13,720 nt of DNA from Salpingoeca rosetta (lineage: Eukaryota; Protista; Choanoflagellata), in the NCBI GenBank assembly GCA_033442325.1, contig JAWQFM010000028.1:433481-447200 (forward strand), in the 5' to 3' direction. The notes beneath the pieces are model-generated. The model was not told the DNA's origin, made no database searches, and saw only the letters and a list, made by a program, of their open reading frames with translations. Position numbers and translations under genes: made by a program. The number at the start of each line of letters is the position of its first letter. The stretch's first letter is position 1. This document shows positions 1 to 9,586 of the stretch, piece after piece.

Positions 1-67
1 GGTCCACATGTGTTTTCACATTCTATCGCATACATCTTCAAGTCCGGGTATCTCTTAGGCCAGCATA

Positions 68-124
68 TCACATCGATTCAACATGCAGTCTACTCGTGGA
101 GGGACGCGACAGATCGCGGAGGTG
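68..124 (-). CDS. PCM1-like exon 25, tentative terminal exon: HLRDLSRPSTSRLHVESM*
   Basis: ctgctcctcccacaag acceptor, phase 0, TGA at 68-70. An alternative acceptor near 192, or continuation outside the window, is possible. Confidence 0.4.
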   Translation of the reverse strand, partial: HLRDLSRPSTSRLHVESM

Positions 125-522
125 CTTGTGGGAGGAGCAGACAGACAGATTTCCAGTTGATGAGAGAGAGAGGTAGAAACAGAGAGACATACTGATGGAG
201 AGACAGAGAGAGACAGAGAGAGAGAGACAGAGAGAGAGACAGAGAGAGAGAGAGGTTGTGTGTGTGTGTGTGTGTGTGAGTCACGTGTGCAGTCTCAATT
301 GCACGGGACAGTTTCAATTGCACGGGAGAGAAGGAACGTACAGTCAGGATGGTGGCAGCATCGGCGAGAAGATACAGGCAGCGCTGACGAGTGTAGTCGG
401 TGGTCATCGCCTTGAAAAGGCAATACAACGTGGAGTTGAACGAAGCGGACGTCAAGAAATCCGTGTATCCCGCGCGACACATGGCAGCGATGCGGTGATT
501 TTCACACACACGTTCACACACG

Positions 523-572
<50 letters not shown>

Positions 573-3296
573 CACACACACACACACAACACGCACACAC
601 ACACACACACACACAACACGCTCACGCACACGCACACACACATTCGCATGCATGTGGCTCACAGATAAGAGACGCAGGCTTCGCAGCAGGAATGGCGTGT
701 TTCCCTCCTGTGAGCGCCTGAGCTCCTCCATCGCCACGTCCACCTCATCCTAACGCACGTACACACACACACACAGACATGAATCTGCATGTGAGGTGTG
801 GATGGTTTGAACCAAATGACCACGGGAGAAAGGTGGAGGAAAGAGAAACGGGTGTTGCGATTTTAATGGACTACAGAACACACTTTACAGACGTTGGCGA
901 ATCAAATGGATCAAACAAACCACCAAGCAAAACAACGCCTCACAACACAAGCTACACATGCTGTCTCTCCCACCCTCACCACCACCACCACACTCACGCC
1001 AGCAACGAAAACACAGCAGAATAGGCACGAAAATAGCGCAACGAGAAGGTAGTGGCAACACCCGCGAAGCAACTCATAAAGGGAAGAAAACAGCAAGAAA
1101 CGGCACGCTGAGCGAAAAAGACAGCAACTGCCTGGTTGTCGCTAACTTCTCTGACAAACAACCCCCCCCCCTGCACACACACACACACACGTTACTCTGA
1201 ACAGCAGCAAGGGTGCAGCAACACCGCACACATGCACAGCAGCACGTAATGTGTGTGTGTATGTGTATGTGGCAAGTCAAGTGGTCAAAGTGTAGCCAGT
1301 GGTGTGCATTCAGCGGCGGCGACTCACGTTGGGCTTGGCGGCGGCCGTGCTGGGGACGGTGCCCGCATTGCTGGCTTCAAGGCCCCTCCCGCCAGCAGGG
1401 GTGTGCAGCCCCATTCGTGCCGGCGACATGGCAGGGTACCCAGACCACATGTTCGGCCACGCCTGCGCAGGCGCCTGGTACTGGTGTTGTTGCTGCTGCT
1501 GGTGTTGCTGGTGGTGGCGGCGGGCAGCACGGGAGACGGCCGTGTGCACCTCGCCTGACCGTCGATGATGATGGTGGCGGCGGCGGCGACGGTGTGATTG
1601 GTCGGGGCAGTGAGGGAGGAAGTGAGCAGGTGAGCAGGTGAGCAGAGGTTGAGAGGAGGCAAGGTCAGCAAGGAAACAAGCAACAAGTCCTTAACAGACG
1701 AACACAGACAGACAACCACATACACGAACACACACACACACACATGCACGAACACACACACACACACACATGCACGAACACACACACACACACACACACA
1801 TGCAGACAGCAACCTCACCGTCGCTGCGGACGTCGAGGTTGGCGAGGATAAGCGAGTAGCTCTGTGCAGCCTCAACAAATGCGCCAAAGGGCCCCTCCAT
1901 CAGCCGGCTGAAGAACAGGCTCAGAAACTCGTGCCGCTATCACAACGCAAAACACGTTGGCGTTGTGCGTTGTGGCGTGCGTGCGATGGTTTGAAGGTGA
2001 GCACAGGTTATGATGTACAGGATGAGCATTTCGAGAATGCAAGCACGAGATACCCACGAAGACGCACAGCTGGGTGCACGCGCGCGTGTGAACAAACCTC
2101 TGTTGGTTCGAGGATGCTGGCATAGGCAAGGGCCATCTGGAAGTTGTGCGCCTCCTCGCTGCGACGAATCTCACTGCGGAAACGAACAAACGGGGAATGT
2201 GACGTTGCAGAGAAGGCGGAGGAGGGGGGGGAGGAAGCATGGGGTGAAAAAAACAAAAACAAAAACAAATTAGCGTGCGCACAGCATCGTGTCAGCAATC
2301 AGGTTGGTCGATGCACAAAGCAAGACCAAGATCAAGGGCGAAAACAAAAGCAAGAATGAGGGCAAAAACGGCAGCGACAAGAATAAGAGCAACAGCAAAA
2401 GCAGAAGCAATAACAACAATCCCAACGACAATGATCACAAGAGAAACTGGCAACTGACATGTCTTCGCGGGTCTGTGCGTATGCTGCGTTGCTGACTTGG
2501 TCCATGCGGTGGTCCTCCTCCTCGTCCTCAACAACATCATCATCATCATCAACACCGCCGCCGCCACTGCCGTCCATACGCATGTCGTCGTTGTATTCTG
2601 CAATGCGCTCGTACACGTCGCTCAGCCCCTCGCGGCCATACATGCCACCCCGCTGCTGCAGCTCGCGCTGGTGCTGGCGGTACTCTGCCCCGGACACGGC
2701 CCGCGCCATGGCGTCACGTGCGGTGTTGTAGTCATCATCATCCTCTTCGTCATCCTGCCAGTACTCGGCATCAGCACTGCCACGTGTGCGCTGCTCACCA
2801 AGCTGCTGCCGGAGCAACAGCACGCGTTCGCGCATCTGCCGTGAATGGTGGTGGTGGTGGTTGATGGGGAAGACACAAGCAGAAAAAAAAAAAGAGTGGG
2901 TGAGAACAAGGAAGGTGCACATCAAGGGTGGCATGGGAAGGGCACACGTATTGCAGCAACAAAGCGTAAAGGGAAAATGACAATGCACGCGCGTGTGCAT
3001 GTGTGCACGTGCACGTGTGCGTGCGTGTGCGTGCGTGTGCAGTAGCCAACATACCCTGTTGAGGTTGTCCATGAGGCCGCGCTGGCGAATGACAAAATCG
3101 GCGTTCTGGTCGCCCTGCTCCATCGCAGCCTCAATTGTGTTCTGTGTACAGTGAAGCCCAGACGTACAGAGGCGCAAACAACACACAGCCATACACACGG
3201 TGAGCCCTGGATCACGCCTGAAGAGATCTTCAAAACTGAGAAGACAGGATATCACCAAAACCACCACGCAACAACGCCCACCAATCATGCATGCAC

Positions 3297-3332
<36 letters not shown>

Positions 3333-3347
3333 GCGCGCGCACGTGTA

Positions 3348-3426
<79 letters not shown>

Positions 3427-6051
3427 GAGTGTACCCTGTATTGCTCCTCGAGGCGGTGGAGTTCATCGAGCTCGTCCATCATAATGTCCTGCTCAAGCTG
3501 CCACTCTGCGGCGTCGGCCTGAGCATCGGCGCCATCGTCATCGCCCTCGCCCTCGCCGGCCATCGTCGTGCTCATCTCAGCTGCAACAGAGGGCTCCGTC
3601 GTCGCCCCAAGTGCAGGCGCGAGCGACACAGACCCTGCATGCCGTGGCGCCGGTGGCAGCAGATGGCAAGGCGAGGAACAGTGAGCAAGTAGGTGCACAC
3701 GTGACGCAACGACAACAGCGAGAGGAATAGGAGAAGAAAGCACCAAGAAGAAGGGGGAGAGGAAGCGGAAGAAGAGCAAGAACGACCAAGAGGAGGCAAG
3801 ACAAGAATCAGACCACCACCACCACCACCACCACCATCAGGAGTCAAGGCTAAGTGTGTCCCGCCTCACTGCACCTGATCGTGGGGAGATGCGCCCTGGA
3901 AGGAGGTAGCCTTTCTCGTGGTCCAGGTTGCGCAGCACCTCGTCAATCTCCGCCTGGCGCAGGCCAGACAGCTCGTCCTCCCGCGGCCCAATCTCCATCC
4001 CCATCAGCCCGCGCCGCTGCCGCCGCTGCCGCTGTTGCTCTTGTTGCTGCTGTTGGACATCCTCGTCATCGTCGTCGTCGGCGTCTTCCTCCTCCTCTGG
4101 CACTTCCTCAATGCCGTCTGGTGACCAGCACACGCGAAGGACGCAAAGAGGTGAGCAATCACCTCCAAGACGGGCCAACCAATCATTCCCGTCCTCTCGA
4201 AATAAGAAAATCCAGGCACGCACACAAACGCACATGCACGCACGCACCAAGCAACAACACAAACACGATCAAGTACAACACGCCCATGCACACACACACG
4301 TGTACGCTTACCGTGGTATGCGGCTGAGCGCTGCCTGCGTTGGCGAAGCTCCTGCGCCTCACGAATGACGCCGTGCCCCATCGCCCGCAGCTGCTCAACC
4401 CGCCCAAGCAGCGCCTGCAGACACAAGATTTCACCCCCCGGGGGGATACACGTAGTAGGGTGTTGTGGATGTGGATGTGGTGATGGTGATGGTGATGGTA
4501 GCCGTGAGAAGAGTTACATGGAAAAGATGTGCGGGAACAGCACGAATCACAGTGTTGCGAAATTCAGTTGAATGGAGGTACAATGTGTCTTTGTCTGACA
4601 CTGTGAGTGGCATGCACACAAGACCCATCCAAACGAAACACCGCATGCAACTACCACGGGTACGTACGTCAATTCTGCTGTTGATGCCGCTGCCGCCTGC
4701 AGAAGCGGACCCTTGCTCATCTTCTTCGTCTTCGTCGCGCTCATCCTCATCCTCGTCTTCGCCTGTCCCCTGCTCGGCTTGCCCAAACTGCAAACACACA
4801 TGCGCATTGTGCATCGGTACACGCGTCACCAGTATGGCAAGCAAAGGTAAAGACGCACACGCACATGCACACACACAGACACACACACACGCACATGCGG
4901 ACAGACAGACAGACAGACACACACACACACAGACAACACGGCCAGGTCGCAGAGCACGGTGGGCGTACCCGCAGGGCGCGAAGACCTTCCTTCTGAGCAC
5001 GCAGCATGGCCAGGAGTTGCTGTGGGCAGACGCACGTACACACAGGTCAGGCAGGTGACGTCAAGAGCAAGTGAGCATAAGGGATTAATGAGCTTGTTCA
5101 ACAACGCACGACCGGCACAGTACAATAAGAATACAGGAACACAGCGCGGCTGATGGCCTCAGATGTGCTCTTGTACGCGTGTGCATGCGCGTGCGTATGT
5201 GTGATGTCATGTACCTGGTGGCGCTGGAGTTCCTGAGAGAGCTGCTGTGCAAGCGCCTCACGTGACTCCTCCGTCACCTCATCTTCTTCCTCGTCCTCCT
5301 CCTCTTCTTCCTCGTCCCCGTCATCGACACCCTCTTGCTGTTGCTGTCGGCGTTGCCGTTGCTGCTGGGCGCCGTCTTCTTCGGCTTCGTCTTCACCGTC
5401 ACTTTCGGCTTCGTCCTGCTGCTGCTGGGCTGCGAGCATGCGCTGCCGCTTCTGCTCCAACAGCGCCGCCCGCTGCTCCTTCAGCGCCGCAAGCTGCGTC
5501 TGTACACATTCACACACACACACACAGGCGCATATGCACACGAACGTGGATGCAACACACCAGAGCACGAATGCATAGTGTGGCAGTGTGTAACATAGGC
5601 AAGGCGATTTGGGGGGGGGGGGGTGAGCGTGGAAGGCGCACATGTCGAGCGAGAAGGCCGAGCAAGGTTGTGCAGCGAAGAGACAAAACAAGTTGCACTG
5701 TCACACCAACACAGGACACGAGCAATATTTGAAGACGTACCCTTAGGTCTGCGAGCTGCTGCTGCTGCTCCTGCAGTTCGCGATACTGCTCCTGAGCAGC
5801 CTGTCATCGCACAGGTGGGCAGCCAGAGAAGCAAAAGTCAGGCAAGGGTCACACCTAAACACACCCAACACCCCCCAAAAAATTGTGCACATAACACAAC
5901 ACTCACGCACAGACATGTAGATGCACACTCTTGAATGCAGACGTGCGACGTTGTACGCACGCTGTTTTGTTGGAGTTGTTGCTCCTCCTGGATGAGACGG
6001 TCACGGAATGCTTGAAGCTCAGCGAGACGTGCACGCTTCGCCTCAAGCTCC

Positions 6052-6085
<34 letters not shown>

Positions 6086-7154
6086 GGACAGCCGCATGAG
6101 CAGTGTGTTGAGTGCATGAAAGGAGACAGTTGGTAGCAACTTGGACAGAAAGTCATTAACAGCATAAGAGCACAAACAGGGCAGGTGACCATGTTCAGCG
6201 ACATGCCATGAGTTCTTTGACCCACCGCCGGGCTTCGGCCACGCGGCGAGATTCAACGACATCATCAACCGTCTCCTCCTCATCACCATCATCGCCACCC
6301 TGCTGCTGTGGCTGGCCGCGGCGGTGCTGCTGTGCGCGGTTCAGGTTCAGGCTGTCGTTGGCGTTGCTTCGGACGGGCGCACCGCCACTCTGGGCACCTT
6401 CCTGGCCAGTCGCACCTTCGCCAGCGGCATCCTCGTCCTCCTCATCGCCACCGCTTCCCTGCTGTTGTTGCTGCTGCTGCTGTTCCTGCAGGGAGCGCAG
6501 CTGCAACAATTGCTGTCGCATGCGGCGCGTCTCGTGGAGCTCCTGCAGCAGGCGGTCCAGCTCAGCGCGCTGCGTCGACGACTGCGGCAGCGTCCGTGCA
6601 AGCTCGCTCGCCGCCACCACGCTCTCTGTTGCGGTAAGAACGGAGAGCGAGAGAGAGAGGGGGGGGGAGAGGGGAGGGTGTATGTGCATGCATGTGTGCG
6701 TGTGCGTGCGTGTGTGTGAGTGCGATGATATGAATCTCTTGTCCATACATTGATACCAGACACAAGCAGCGACTACAACAGCACAGAAAGAGCACCATCC
6801 CGAACAGCGCGCACGATCAGCAGCAGCAGCAGCACAGCACACGATCTCGGTTCACCTGACCTTCAATGTTGTCGAGGGACGGCTGAGTCGCAGCATCGCC
6901 ACCATCATGCTGCTGCTGCTGCTGCTCGTCGGTGTCATTGGTCTCATCATTCTCATCGTTCCCATCGTTTTCGTCATTGTTGTCGTTGTCGTCGTCGCCG
7001 GTGGGCATGCCGAGGGCGTGCTGGAGCATGGCCATCTGGTCCAGGTCAACCCCGAGCATCGGCAGCACCTGCGCCAGCTGCTCCCGGCCCAGGCCAAACA
7101 GCTGCTGCTGGTGCTGGTGCTGGTCGCCGTCGTTCTTGTCGCCCCCTTGACCGT

Positions 7155-7185
<31 letters not shown>

Positions 7186-7951
7186 AGCAGCATCCTCCTC
7201 GTCCACGTCTTCACGATCGCCTGTCATGCCCTGCAGACCAAGCAGTCCTTGCATGGCCATCAGCGCCTGCCCAACATCGTCGTCGCCACTCGCAGGCTCC
7301 CCCTGTATCAAGAAACATGCACGCATCATCAGGTGAAGGGGGGGGGGGTGTTGGGTGCGCGTGCGTGCACGTGTTGTGGCGGCGGTGATGGGGTGTGAGC
7401 AATATGCTGTGCGTGAGCACATCGGTGCAATTCGCGGAACATGTGTTGGTGTATGGAAAGCGAACAGGGCAAAAGCGCGAGCAAAGGGAAAAGCGAGAGC
7501 GAGAGCCAGTGGAGAGCGAGCAGGGTGCGCCAAACATACGCGGAGGGATTGCAGGAGCTGGAGTTGCTGCTGCAGCTCTTGTAGCTGCTGCTGCTTCTCG
7601 GCCAAGCGCTCGTACTGCCAGTGGTCATCAAAGTGAAGGGGGAAAAGACACAACAGGGCAGAAATGGCGTTAAGAATGCATGGAGGTTGCGACACGTACA
7701 CACGTGTGCGCTCAAGTTGCCTTCAGGGATGCACAAATTCCACAACATGTGCAACACGCATGCATGTGCTTCCACGTGCACACGAGTGTTCATACAAATG
7801 CAAGCATGGATAAACACACACACACACCAACTTCCTGCGGTAACTGACCTGCATCTTGACGTCCCTGACGGTTTCGCGGAGGTCATCGGGCAGCTGCTCC
7901 ACAACCGCGTCCGGCAGAAACGCAAGCTCCTGCACACGTAGCGCATCGTGG

Positions 7952-8016
<65 letters not shown>

Positions 8017-9501
8017 GGTATGCATTAAGGGGAGCTGAGAGGTGTTTCGGAATTTACATCAGGCAGGGTCCTTGACAAGTGAGAACACACACACACACAC
8101 ACACCTGCATGGAGAAGGCAGCGTCCTCGTCGTCATCATCCGCGTCCCCTTGTTCCTCGTCTGGTTGCTCCTCCTCCTCATCATCATCATCGCCATCAGC
8201 GTTGTTTTCATTCTCCTTGTTCGAATCATCATCTCCGATTTCTTCTTCTTCTTCTTCTTCTTCTTCTTGTTCTTCATCATCATCATCTTCTTCATCATCA
8301 CCATCCTCATCCTCATCCTCATCATCATCCTCGTGGTGCTCATCATCACTGTACTCGTCGTCCTCCTCCTGTTGTTCTTCCTCATCCTCTTGCTCCACCA
8401 GTGCATCTGCAGCGCCACCCTCCTGTGCGCTTGCCTGGTTTCCGAAGATCTCACCGCCACTCCCGCCCGCCAGCATTGCTTCAAGCTGTGCATGTGTGTG
8501 TGTGTGTGTGTGTGTGTGGGAAAGACCCATGTCAAGAGGCAATAACAAGTAACAAGTCAGGGAGCGAACATTGTGAGCGTGGTGGGCTGGCGCTGTTGTG
8601 TGCATGCGCACTTGTGTCGTTGTCTACGTGCTTGTGGATGTGTGGATGTGTGTGTATGACTGGTAGGCAGCTGCCAACGCCATGTGGCAACGTGGTTGTA
8701 GTGTTTACGCATCTGTAGCCCTTGTGCAGCGTTGAAGCAGCATGACAAAGCATCATGCAACACACCTGACGGGAGAGCTGTTGCAGCTCCTCACGCTGAG
8801 CTGCCAAGTCCTCCACCTGCCCCAAGAACAAAACAGTCGTCGTCGACACCAGCATAACGTGAATAATGGCAGCTGCATGAGCAATGCTGGACACACACGC
8901 GCACATTCGGGCACACACACACGCACACAACGCGAAACGAGCACAAGCGCGATTTCGCTCACGTCGTAGCCGGAGGCATGTGTGGTGGCAGCATCGAAGC
9001 TTCGGTTCAGTCTACCCAGAGTCGACACAGGATGCAGCAACGTGCACGTTATGTTTGTGCGCGAGTTGTATGTGTTGTGTGTTGATGTGTGTGCGTGAGT
9101 TGTGTGTTGTGTGTTGATGTGTGTGTGTTGTGCCTTAGATGTGGACAAGATGTGAGGTGTGAGTCAGTGAGAGTGCGTGTCAGATGAAGGCAGCGTGCCA
9201 TTCAAGCAAGCGCACCTGGAGTTGCCGCTTGAGGGGGATGAGGCTTGTCGCAGCCGGCTGAGGCGCGAGCTCGGAAGCCTCGGTGGCTCACTCGCCGGCA
9301 CTCGCCCTGCGGGTGGTGGCAGTGTTCGTGGTCACATAGCGGTGTACGACGTGAGTAGGACGACAACGAAACGGGCTGTCATTGTGCACACAACAAGCTG
9401 CATTGTGGATACAACAAGGGACCCACTCGAAAGAAACGACGGCACAGAAACATGCGAACACACATGCGAACACATGCAAACACACACACACACAGACACG
9501 C

Positions 9502-9560
<59 letters not shown>

Positions 9561-9586
9561 CAGACAATCGACCTACCACCGTCCAT
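68..9586 (-). CDS. PCM1: Multi-exon PCM1-like (pericentriolar material 1 / centriolar-satellite scaffold-like) coiled-coil, acidic low-complexity protein, ~1,276 aa. Exons in transcript order: 9577-9586, 9216-9306, 8963-9011, 8766-8816, 8105-8485, 7849-7929, 7540-7614, 6861-7302, 6226-6625, 5961-6051, 5741-5800, 5215-5499, 4969-5019, 4668-4787, 4312-4414, 3875-4117, 3435-3634, 3055-3141, 2459-2835, 2098-2173, 1819-1936, 1328-1554, 663-749, 342-410, 68-124 (last exon tentative)
   Basis: All 24 introns have GT..AG ends, and the phases chain into one stop-free 3,831-nt frame starting MDGGRVPASEPPRLPSS. The spliced C-terminal motif TDYTRQRCLYLLAD resembles vertebrate PCM1 TDYLRQRALYALQD (recalled from memory, not searched). 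Gene structure is better supported than family identity. Confidence 0.7.
198..278. repeat. Compound (GA)n/(GT)n intronic microsatellite
   Basis: Directly visible. Confidence 0.9.
291..328. repeat. 19-bp tandem duplication, AGTCTCAATTGCACGGGAC / AGTTTCAATTGCACGGGAG
   Basis: Two adjacent copies, 17/19 identical, intronic. Confidence 0.85.
342..410 (-). CDS. PCM1-like exon 24: AMTTDYTRQRCLYLLADAATILT
   Basis: ccttttcaag acceptor, gtacgt donor, 69 nt, phase 0-0; carries the PCM1-like motif. Confidence 0.8.
503..642. repeat. Interrupted (CA)n microsatellite, intronic
   Basis: Directly visible. Confidence 0.9.
663..749 (-). CDS. PCM1-like exon 23: DEVDVAMEELRRSQEGNTPFLLRSLRLLS
   Basis: gcgttag acceptor, gtgagc donor, 87 nt, phase 0-0. 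Confidence 0.8.
1328..1554 (-). CDS. PCM1-like exon 22: Q/H/P/A-rich segment (GEVHTAVSRAARRHHQQHQQQQQHQYQAPAQAWPNMW...AAKPN)
   Basis: ggtcag acceptor (phase 1), gtgagt donor (phase 0). Confidence 0.75.
1819..1936 (-). CDS. PCM1-like exon 21: RHEFLSLFFSRLMEGPFGAFVEAAQSYSLILANLDVRSD
   Basis: gtgatag acceptor (phase 0), gtgagg donor (phase 1). Confidence 0.75.
2098..2173 (-). CDS. PCM1-like exon 20: EIRRSEEAHNFQMALAYASILEPTE
   Basis: tttccgcag acceptor (phase 2), gtttgt donor. Confidence 0.75.
2459..2835 (-). CDS. PCM1-like exon 19: MRERVLLLRQQLGEQ...AYAQTREDI
   Basis: cggcag acceptor, gtcagt donor (phase 2). Confidence 0.8.
3055..3141 (-). CDS. PCM1-like exon 18: NTIEAAMEQGDQNADFVIRQRGLMDNLNR
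   Basis: acacag acceptor, gtatgt donor, phase 0-0. Confidence 0.8.
3348..3427. repeat. (TCTG)n tetranucleotide microsatellite, ~20 units, intronic
   Basis: Directly visible. Confidence 0.95.
3435..3634 (-). CDS. PCM1-like exon 17: ...AAEWQLEQDIMMDELDELHRLEEQYR
   Basis: catgcag acceptor (phase 1; an in-phase alternative lies at ~3581), gtacac donor. Confidence 0.7.
3875..4117 (-). CDS. PCM1-like exon 16: DGIEEVPEEEED...LRQAEIDEVLRNLDHEKGYLLPGRISPRS
   Basis: tcaccag acceptor, gtgcag donor, phase 1-1. Confidence 0.75.
4312..4414 (-). CDS. PCM1-like exon 15: ALLGRVEQLRAMGHGVIREAQELRQRRQRSAAYH
   Basis: tctgcag acceptor, gtaagc donor. Confidence 0.8.
4668..4787 (-). CDS. PCM1-like exon 14: FGQAEQGTGEDEDEDERDEDEEDEQGSASAGGSGINSRID
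   Basis: tttgcag acceptor, gtacgt donor, phase 0-0. Confidence 0.8.
4969..5019 (-). CDS. PCM1-like exon 13: QLLAMLRAQKEGLRALR
   Basis: cccacag acceptor, gtacgc donor, phase 0-0. Confidence 0.8.
5215..5499 (-). CDS. PCM1-like exon 12: TQLAALKEQRAALLEQKRQRM...ALAQQLSQELQRHQ
   Basis: gtacag acceptor, gtacat donor, phase 0-0. Confidence 0.8.
5741..5800 (-). CDS. PCM1-like exon 11: AAQEQYRELQEQQQQLADLR
   Basis: gatgacag acceptor, gtacgt donor, phase 0-0. This frame is not in the ORF track. Confidence 0.8.
5961..6051 (-). CDS. PCM1-like exon 10: ELEAKRARLAELQAFRDRLIQEEQQLQQNS
   Basis: gtgcag acceptor (phase 2), gtgcgt donor. Confidence 0.8.
6226..6625 (-). CDS. PCM1-like exon 9: SVVAASELARTLPQSSTQRAELDRLLQELHETRRMRQQLLQLRSLQE...VAEARR
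   Basis: gcaacag acceptor (phase 1), gtgggt donor (phase 2). Confidence 0.8.
6861..7302 (-). CDS. PCM1-like exon 8: GEPASGDDDVGQALMAMQGLLG...QPSLDNIE
   Basis: gatacag acceptor, gtcagg donor (phase 1). Confidence 0.8.
7540..7614 (-). CDS. PCM1-like exon 7: YERLAEKQQQLQELQQQLQLLQSLR
   Basis: tggcag acceptor, gtatgt donor, phase 0-0. Confidence 0.8.
7849..7929 (-). CDS. PCM1-like exon 6: ELAFLPDAVVEQLPDDLRETVRDVKMQ
   Basis: gtgcag acceptor, gtcagt donor, phase 0-0. Confidence 0.8.
7953..8013. repeat. (TG)n microsatellite, intronic
   Basis: Directly visible. Confidence 0.95.
8105..8485 (-). CDS. PCM1-like exon 5: LEAMLAGG followed by a ~90-residue D/E tract
   Basis: gcacag acceptor, gtgtgt donor, phase 0-0. 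Confidence 0.8.
8766..8816 (-). CDS. PCM1-like exon 4: VEDLAAQREELQQLSRQ
   Basis: gggcag acceptor, gtgtgt donor, phase 0-0. Confidence 0.8.
8963..9011 (-). CDS. PCM1-like exon 3: LNRSFDAATTHASGYD
   Basis: gggtag acceptor (phase 2), gtgagc donor. Confidence 0.7.
9216..9306 (-). CDS. PCM1-like exon 2: RVPASEPPRLPSSRLSRLRQASSPSSGNS
   Basis: cccgcag acceptor (phase 1), gtgcgc donor (phase 2). Confidence 0.7.
9577..9586 (-). CDS. PCM1-like coding exon 1: ATG GAC GGT G
   Basis: gacATGG start context; gtaggt donor in phase 1, matching exon 2. Confidence 0.6.

Noticed and set aside
1901-1910. Alternative acceptor ttcttcag at 1908 for exon 21
   Set aside because: It needs phase 2 but the upstream donor is phase 0. 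The acceptor at 1937 fits.
2300-2450. K/N-rich plus-strand ORFs (KNKSKNEGKNG)
   Set aside because: They are the complement of a T/G/C-rich intron of the minus-strand gene.
3199-3217. Possible small exon cag|GCGTGATCCAGGGCTCACC|gt
   Set aside because: At 19 nt it breaks the frame and gives a stop in phase 0. The flanking exons already join in phase 0.
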